A DNA stretch of 63,999 nucleotides, counting the filler, from Octopus bimaculoides (lineage: Eukaryota): the NCBI RefSeq assembly GCF_001194135.2. It is 7 parts of 7 records of this genome, joined end to end, with 100 filler letters (N's around TTAATTAATTAA, not from the genome) between each part and the next. Parts side by side here need not be neighbours in the genome. Positions count along the whole stretch, not along the records: positions 62,965 to 63,999 come from NW_026356939.1; 6 more parts are not named here. One strand, given 5' to 3'. Each line of letters opens with the position of its first letter. Within the stretch, counting starts at the first letter, position 1. Below, piece after piece: positions 63,161 to 63,999 of the stretch. Made by a program: the position numbers and the translations under genes. Below the pieces are notes generated by a model. The model saw only the letters and a program-made list of their open reading frames with translations, had not been told where the DNA came from and did no database searches.

Positions 63161-63999
63161 CACTAATTAATAATGGCTCTTACATTGTACAGTCTTAAAA
63201 GAAAAGAAAATGAAATGCATTTTGTTTACAAAGTAGTTTAACTGAATAGGTTTCTGTGTATCTGAGCGTTTGCACAGGCGTGTAAGAGAGTATCTACGCG
63301 TGTGTGGTGGGGTAATGTACATGGATTTTCAAGCGTGCATATGGAATTCTATTGGTTGTCTTAATATCAAACGTTAGTGTCTTTCAGTATCTATTTCTTT
63401 CGTGTCTAATGTTTTGTTTGTTTATTTTTGTTTTTATTCGATTATTTATTTTTGGTGTCGATTTGTGCCTCATCACCCATCATTGTTTCTTCTTGAATGG
63501 ACACAAGATCAATGTGTAGTGCAATTGTTTGAAATCGTCCTGGTATTCCATTTTTACTTCTTTCATTTTTACACTCTTACAGCACTGAAAAACATTCAAA
63601 GACAACAACATACAGTTAGTTCTTCAAGCCCCCAGTTGGTCATAACTTTTTGTGAGAGTGCCTACAAATTGTCATCATGGCCGATGTACTTCCTTCTGCA
63701 GGTCTATGGCTATCTTGTCTGTTGTTCAATACAAATATTTCAGCCAACTCAAATGCCGAGGCCTAGTACTATGTTTGAAACATGTAATGAAATCTAATGT
63801 CGAAGCTGACGTAATATTCGAAGTTAACTGAAACGACTTTCATGAAAGCAAGAAAGCTTTGAGAAATATCAAGGACTTTAGATGTGGAATTACAGCTTTG
63901 TGATAACTAAAAATGAAATAGATGTAACACTAGTTAGTCAGTAGCGATTGGGTCCTTGGAAGTTATTTGTATCAGATTAGATATCGTATAATTTTCTTG

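Noticed and set aside
63402-63797. 131-aa ORF and minus-strand peptide fragments near the window end
   Set aside because: Unrecognised, the frames do not join, and a gene continuing outside the window cannot be assessed.

Overview
AT-rich, microsatellite- and transposon-dense animal genomic DNA, most likely an octopus or related coleoid cephalopod (inferred from repeat families and the gene, not proven). One host gene is securely identifiable: the 3' half of an ELOVL4-like fatty-acid elongase on the + strand (four coding exons, 45-11363, all four ELOVL motifs present). Everything else I can support is mobile-element DNA: an internally deleted Ty3/Gypsy element, Tc1/mariner relics, RTE and R4/Dong-type LINE fragments, four SINE-like families and Penelope-like foldback remnants. 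Six N-flanked TTAATTAATTAA linkers are assembly joins, so adjacency across them is unproven. There is no CRISPR array or prokaryotic system, and most listed ORFs are microsatellite or N artefacts. Best leads: (1) a ~1 kb ORF1-only retroposon with a 16-bp TSD, which shares its 3' tail with a SINE subfamily and has two diverged protein relatives in the window; (2) hammerhead-ribozyme-like motifs at 23-24.5 kb, one upstream of a (CCCTAA)8 tract; (3) a long-TIR Tc1/mariner element with an antisense copy of its own transposase C-terminus; (4) a 178-bp near-perfect hairpin in an ELOVL intron. All alignments, translations and folds were done by eye.
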